Assembly (NCBI GenBank): GCA_044226015.1
Contig: JBGAHS010000005.1
Location: forward strand, 544,001 to 608,000
DNA: 64,000 bases
Source: Candidatus Obscuribacteraceae bacterium
GTDB lineage: Bacteria; Cyanobacteriota; Vampirovibrionia; Obscuribacterales; Obscuribacteraceae
Reading direction: 5' to 3'
The notes beneath the pieces are model-generated. The model was not told the origin of the DNA and did not search any database. It saw nothing but the letters and a program-made list of their open reading frames with translations. Shown here one piece after another: positions 60,447 to 64,000 of the stretch (the stretch's first letter is position 1; the number at the start of each line of letters is the position of its first letter). The position numbers and the translations under genes were made by a program.

Positions 60447-62969
60447 TTGAGCAAGGGAAAGTACACGCCCTGGATTATTTTTAAAGGACTAGCAATAGTC
60501 CTTATTCCTTTCGTTCTGGGAACTTTTATCATCTTGGCTCTAAACTCCCTCTGGGTCTCAAGTCAGAAGATTTTGAATGAAGAGAACAAGGAATGCTACG
60601 TTGTTCGAATTCTAAACGACGCGCTTCTTTGCTGGTCAACTGCCAGTGCCGCGGTTGTTGATGACCGTCTGGTCAATAAGGAAATCCCAACGCAAAGAAA
60701 GGCAACAAGAATTGAGTGGTTCTTCTTCAACTTGAAATTGCGAACCTTGAACGATCCCCACACGCGGAGCTACGTCAACAAGCTGGAGTGGTTGTATTTG
60801 AAGGAGGCGAAAGCTTTCTCAGAACTGCCTGACTTGACTACCAGCGAGATCGGTTTGGAAACAGTTCAGAAGATGCCCAAGGTACTCGCTCGCGTTTATA
60901 AACTGCGAACTGAACTTGGTTCGCTACTGAAAACGGAGTTGGAAAGTTTAAATCGAACGAGACAGCGCACCGATAAGGCAATGAATGAAATTAAGCGCAA
61001 TGTGCTGATTTACTTCTTGATAAATGTCGGCTTGGCTTTGGTGCTGGTGGTTATCTTCACAAGGCAAATTTCTGGACGCTTTTTCCAATTGATGAACAAC
61101 GCCAGCTGCTTGCCTGTGATGCTCGATTTTCCTGAAAAATTGGCTGGAAATGACGAGTTGTCTTACCTCAATTCTATATTGAATGAAACGCTTGTCCGCT
61201 TACGTGAAGCCGCTGAACACCGGAAATCTATCGTTGGTATGGTCGCTCACGATATGCGTTCTCCTTTGATGGCTTCCTTGACTTCTCTTCAACTTTTTGA
61301 GGAGTGCGACTACGAATTTACTGAAACAGAGTATGCAAAGTTTGATGGTGCATATAAAAAAATTGAGGGGATTCTTGAGCATGTCAAAGCAATTCTAACG
61401 ACTCAAAAAACTGATGGCAGCGATGCTATGCAAACAAGCAGTGCGCAACGAGCACTTATTGTTCCTCAAAATTCTGCTTCGTTATTAGTGGCGCTTCGCA
61501 AATTTTTTCTTGAGCCCAAAGTTTTCCAAAAAGGACTTCTTCTCGTTCTGTTACCGTTGGCTTTGCAGTCAGCTATTCTCGCTTATCTCAGTCAAGAAAT
61601 TGACGAAAATATCAGTGCTTCCAAAGTAGCGCGGCAACTCAGTGACTCTCTGAGCAATCAGCAATTGGGTCAGTTGAATCTTGTTCGTGGTGCTGTCGCT
61701 CACGCTATATACGTATTTAGTGGTAACGAATCAGCAGACAAATTAGCGCTGAAAATTTTTGATCAGTTGGATACAGACATGCAGTCTCAACTTGAACATG
61801 CAAAATCCGACCCGTCGGAACTTAAGACTTTGCAGGAGAGCTTTGCTCTTACCAAGAAACAGATTGCCACCATAATGTCAGTGAAACCATCTGACCCGCC
61901 AGATCGTATTGCCAGCGTGTTTGAGCAGGTAAGTGAGGTTAATGAAAAAAATCCTGAGGCATATAGGTTGCGTCAAGAGAGAAGGCGAAAATTTGAGGAC
62001 GAAGCGGTAAAGTTGCAAGGGCTTGAGTTGAAACGGGCTCAGATGGCTGAATTACTCACTCAGTCGTTTCATACAGTGCTAGCCTTCAATTTACTTTTTT
62101 CTGTTGGCTTATTTTTGATATTCATGTTTGATTTCACCAGAAGACTTGATGTTCTTATTAGAAATGCCACTCGTCTCGGACGACGCGAAAGACTGGTTGA
62201 AAAGGTCAAGGGTATTGATGAACTCGCATACTTGGACCTTGCACTTCACAAGGCAGGTATCAACCTTGACGTAGCAGCGGAAGAGCGAAAGGAGCTGATG
62301 AATTCGCTAGCAAACGAAATGCGGCGACCTCTGCAGTTTGCATACAAAGAATTGACTGAGTTCAATGAAATGGGTTCGTCCCGTTCCGACCGCGAGAAGA
62401 ATTTGATCACGAAGTCGACAAAAAACATTGATCGCGTGTTGGGCTTAATAAGCAACTTGCTTACGATGGAAGATCTTCATGCCGGAACTGTTCATCTTGA
62501 AGTTGAGCCCTGTGACATAAAAGAGTTGATTGATGAAGCGCTGCAAACTGTGGCTCCTCTGGCTGGTGTCAAGAACATTAGTCTGAAGAATGAGAGTAGC
62601 GGTTGCCTAATTCAAGCGGATAAGGAAAAGATTGTGCAAGTCATGATCAACCTTCTATCTAATGCGATCAAGTTCTCCGGCAACAATACAATGATTACTG
62701 TTAAGTCCATCGCAAGTTCAGAAAAGGTTCGGGTTGAGGTTATCGACCAGGGACCGGGCATGGACGAGGAAACTTGCAACAAAGTATTCGAGAAGTTTTT
62801 CCAGGCAAAAACAGAGCAGAAGTCACAAGGCTTCGGTCTTGGTCTTGCAATTTGCAAACTGATTGTCGAGTCCCATCATGGTGTTATGAATTTATCCAGC
62901 AAGGTTGGAGTGGGCAGTACATTCTTCTTCGAAATTCCGAAGAAGCACAATGGTCCCTTAAAAAGGTAG
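60447..62969 (+). CDS. Membrane histidine kinase with duplicated sensor-HAMP-DHp module and a single C-terminal HATPase
   Basis: H-box AHDMRSPL in module 1, ANEMRRPL in module 2; NLLSNAIKF, DQGPG, F, GFGLGL boxes; start probably TTG 60447 (track 60429). Confidence 0.9.
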   Translation: MSKGKYTPWIIFKGLAIVLIPFVLGTFIILALNSLWVSSQKILNEENKECYVVRILNDALLCWSTASAAVVDDRLVNKEIPTQRKATRIEWFFFNLKLRTLNDPHTRSYVNKLEWLYLKEAKAFSELPDLTTSEIGLETVQKMPKVLARVYKLRTELGSLLKTELESLNRTRQRTDKAMNEIKRNVLIYFLINVGLALVLVVIFTRQISGRFFQLMNNASCLPVMLDFPEKLAGNDELSYLNSILNETLVRLREAAEHRKSIVGMVAHDMRSPLMASLTSLQLFEECDYEFTETEYAKFDGAYKKIEGILEHVKAILTTQKTDGSDAMQTSSAQRALIVPQNSASLLVALRKFFLEPKVFQKGLLLVLLPLALQSAILAYLSQEIDENISASKVARQLSDSLSNQQLGQLNLVRGAVAHAIYVFSGNESADKLALKIFDQLDTDMQSQLEHAKSDPSELKTLQESFALTKKQIATIMSVKPSDPPDRIASVFEQVSEVNEKNPEAYRLRQERRRKFEDEAVKLQGLELKRAQMAELLTQSFHTVLAFNLLFSVGLFLIFMFDFTRRLDVLIRNATRLGRRERLVEKVKGIDELAYLDLALHKAGINLDVAAEERKELMNSLANEMRRPLQFAYKELTEFNEMGSSRSDREKNLITKSTKNIDRVLGLISNLLTMEDLHAGTVHLEVEPCDIKELIDEALQTVAPLAGVKNISLKNESSGCLIQADKEKIVQVMINLLSNAIKFSGNNTMITVKSIASSEKVRVEVIDQGPGMDEETCNKVFEKFFQAKTEQKSQGFGLGLAICKLIVESHHGVMNLSSKVGVGSTFFFEIPKKHNGPLKR

Positions 62970-63041
62970 AAGATTTTCTTCACTCAGATTTCACGCGAAC
63001 CAATAGAGAATCCTTCTATCGGAACAACGAATTGGTGAGAT

Positions 63042-63443
63042 ATGGAAAACTTCAATGAGAATGCCAACCTCTGCCGCAAGGTCAATATGAGTGATGGAGA
63101 GGTTCATACTAAAGTTTTTGATGAGTTGCACAATGTTCTTGCAGCTCGAAACACGAGCATCGGATCACTGTTTCATGTTGATGTTCGAACCGACTTTCCA
63201 TTGAAACAAGATGATGGCACGAACAAATGGTATGAAGAGTTTCCGACGCACACAAACTTGAAGACGGGCAAATCTGATCGTCTGGACACCGACCTGTATG
63301 AATACGACCCTGCTTCCGATAAAAGAGGGCGTCAGCTAGCTAAAGACTCGGAAGAGTACAAAGCAGCGCATGATGCACTTTGGGTTCTCCGTGATAGGTT
63401 CACTCCGAAAGTGCTACTGAATCTCCCGCGCTGCAAATATTGA
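63042..63443 (+). CDS. Hypothetical protein
   Basis: 133 aa ORF followed by a terminator-like hairpin. Confidence 0.6.
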   Translation: MENFNENANLCRKVNMSDGEVHTKVFDELHNVLAARNTSIGSLFHVDVRTDFPLKQDDGTNKWYEEFPTHTNLKTGKSDRLDTDLYEYDPASDKRGRQLAKDSEEYKAAHDALWVLRDRFTPKVLLNLPRCKY

Positions 63444-63469
63444 TTTTACCTGCGTTCCCAAACCAAACC

Positions 63470-63506
63470 AACGACAAAGCAGACCACAAGTCTGTTTTGT
63501 CGTTTT
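63470..63506 (+). terminator. Intrinsic terminator (possibly bidirectional)
   Basis: aacgacaaagcagac-cacaa-gtctgttttgtcgtt then tt, between convergent genes. Confidence 0.65.
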
Positions 63507-63566
63507 AAATTTTGCACTATGGGCGCTGGATTGAGCAGCGACTCGGATTCAGTGACTCGGATTCAG

Positions 63567-63998
63567 CTACTCTGGGTCGCCAACAATATAGCCTGAACCA
63601 GGAATAGTTTTGACTATACATTCCTGTCCTTCCAAACTTATTTTTCGGCGCAGGTTCTTCATGCAGGCACGAACCGTGTCTTCTGAGCTTTCGGAATCCG
63701 AAGGCCAGACAGCATCCATTACTGCCTTTGCAGAAAACACCTGACCTTTGTGACGCATCAAAAACTCTAATAGAGCATATTCCTTATTTGTAAGACGAGC
63801 AGCCTTATTGTCTACAAGCACTCGTTTGTACTCGGAATCTAGAAGCACATTTCCAACAATAATTTTCTGAGGTACTAACCCACGAGGACGTCGTAAACGC
63901 GAACGCACTCGTGCTGACAACTCCCTCATGTCGAAGGGTTTTGTTAAGTAATCGTCTGCACCACCATCGAGTCCAAACTCTTTACTATCAATGTCATC
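63567..63998 (-). CDS. OmpR-family response regulator (5' part beyond the window)
   Basis: GADDYLTKPFDMREL.ARV..RLRR, LTNKEYALLEFLMRH, LRRKI, VKTIPGSGY; frame open to the window edge. Confidence 0.93.
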   Translation of the reverse strand, partial: DDIDSKEFGLDGGADDYLTKPFDMRELSARVRSRLRRPRGLVPQKIIVGNVLLDSEYKRVLVDNKAARLTNKEYALLEFLMRHKGQVFSAKAVMDAVWPSDSESSEDTVRACMKNLRRKISLEGQECIVKTIPGSGYIVGDPE

Positions 63999-64000
63999 TC

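Noticed and set aside
13190..63058. Numerous short antisense or alternative-frame ORFs overlapping the called genes
   Set aside because: Nested in genes with clear family motifs, and lacking RBS or recognisable domains.

Overview
Bacterial chromosomal window of moderate GC. I see no rRNA, tRNA, CRISPR array or intact mobile element. The gene repertoire (five Hanks-type Ser/Thr kinases, many TPR proteins, an MshEN-TPR protein, a giant Gly-rich exoprotein, OmpH-like protein) suggests a diderm, possibly Vampirovibrionia/Obscuribacterales (inference only). The first 12.6 kb is one uninterrupted minus-strand ORF of at least 4202 codons that the ORF track missed because it runs off the window: a signal-peptide-bearing giant protein built from ~50-aa beta-strand/GGx modules. 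It is followed by a four-gene operon of unknown function (RQGD/His-motif protein, DUF6745-like protein, a triple-repeat protein, glutaredoxin), an EEP nuclease, kinases, a GH73-like hydrolase with a 48-bp repeat, proBA/proC, PPK2, bestrophin, a small alarmone hydrolase, alpha-glucan enzymes (exported debranching-type enzyme, GH63-like, GH14 beta-amylase, MFS sugar permease), GH43, GT4, a TPR-metalloprotease, rpiB and a tandem-duplicated histidine kinase with a partial OmpR regulator. The best candidate for a new system: the EEP nuclease and the beta-amylase, 22 kb apart, share an apparently homologous Gly/Ala-rich hydrophobic N-terminal domain with no signal peptide, a constant-carrier/variable-cargo layout like that of polymorphic effectors. 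Several intergenic repeat arrays and structured-RNA candidates were also found. All family assignments come from motif recognition by eye; no database search was run.
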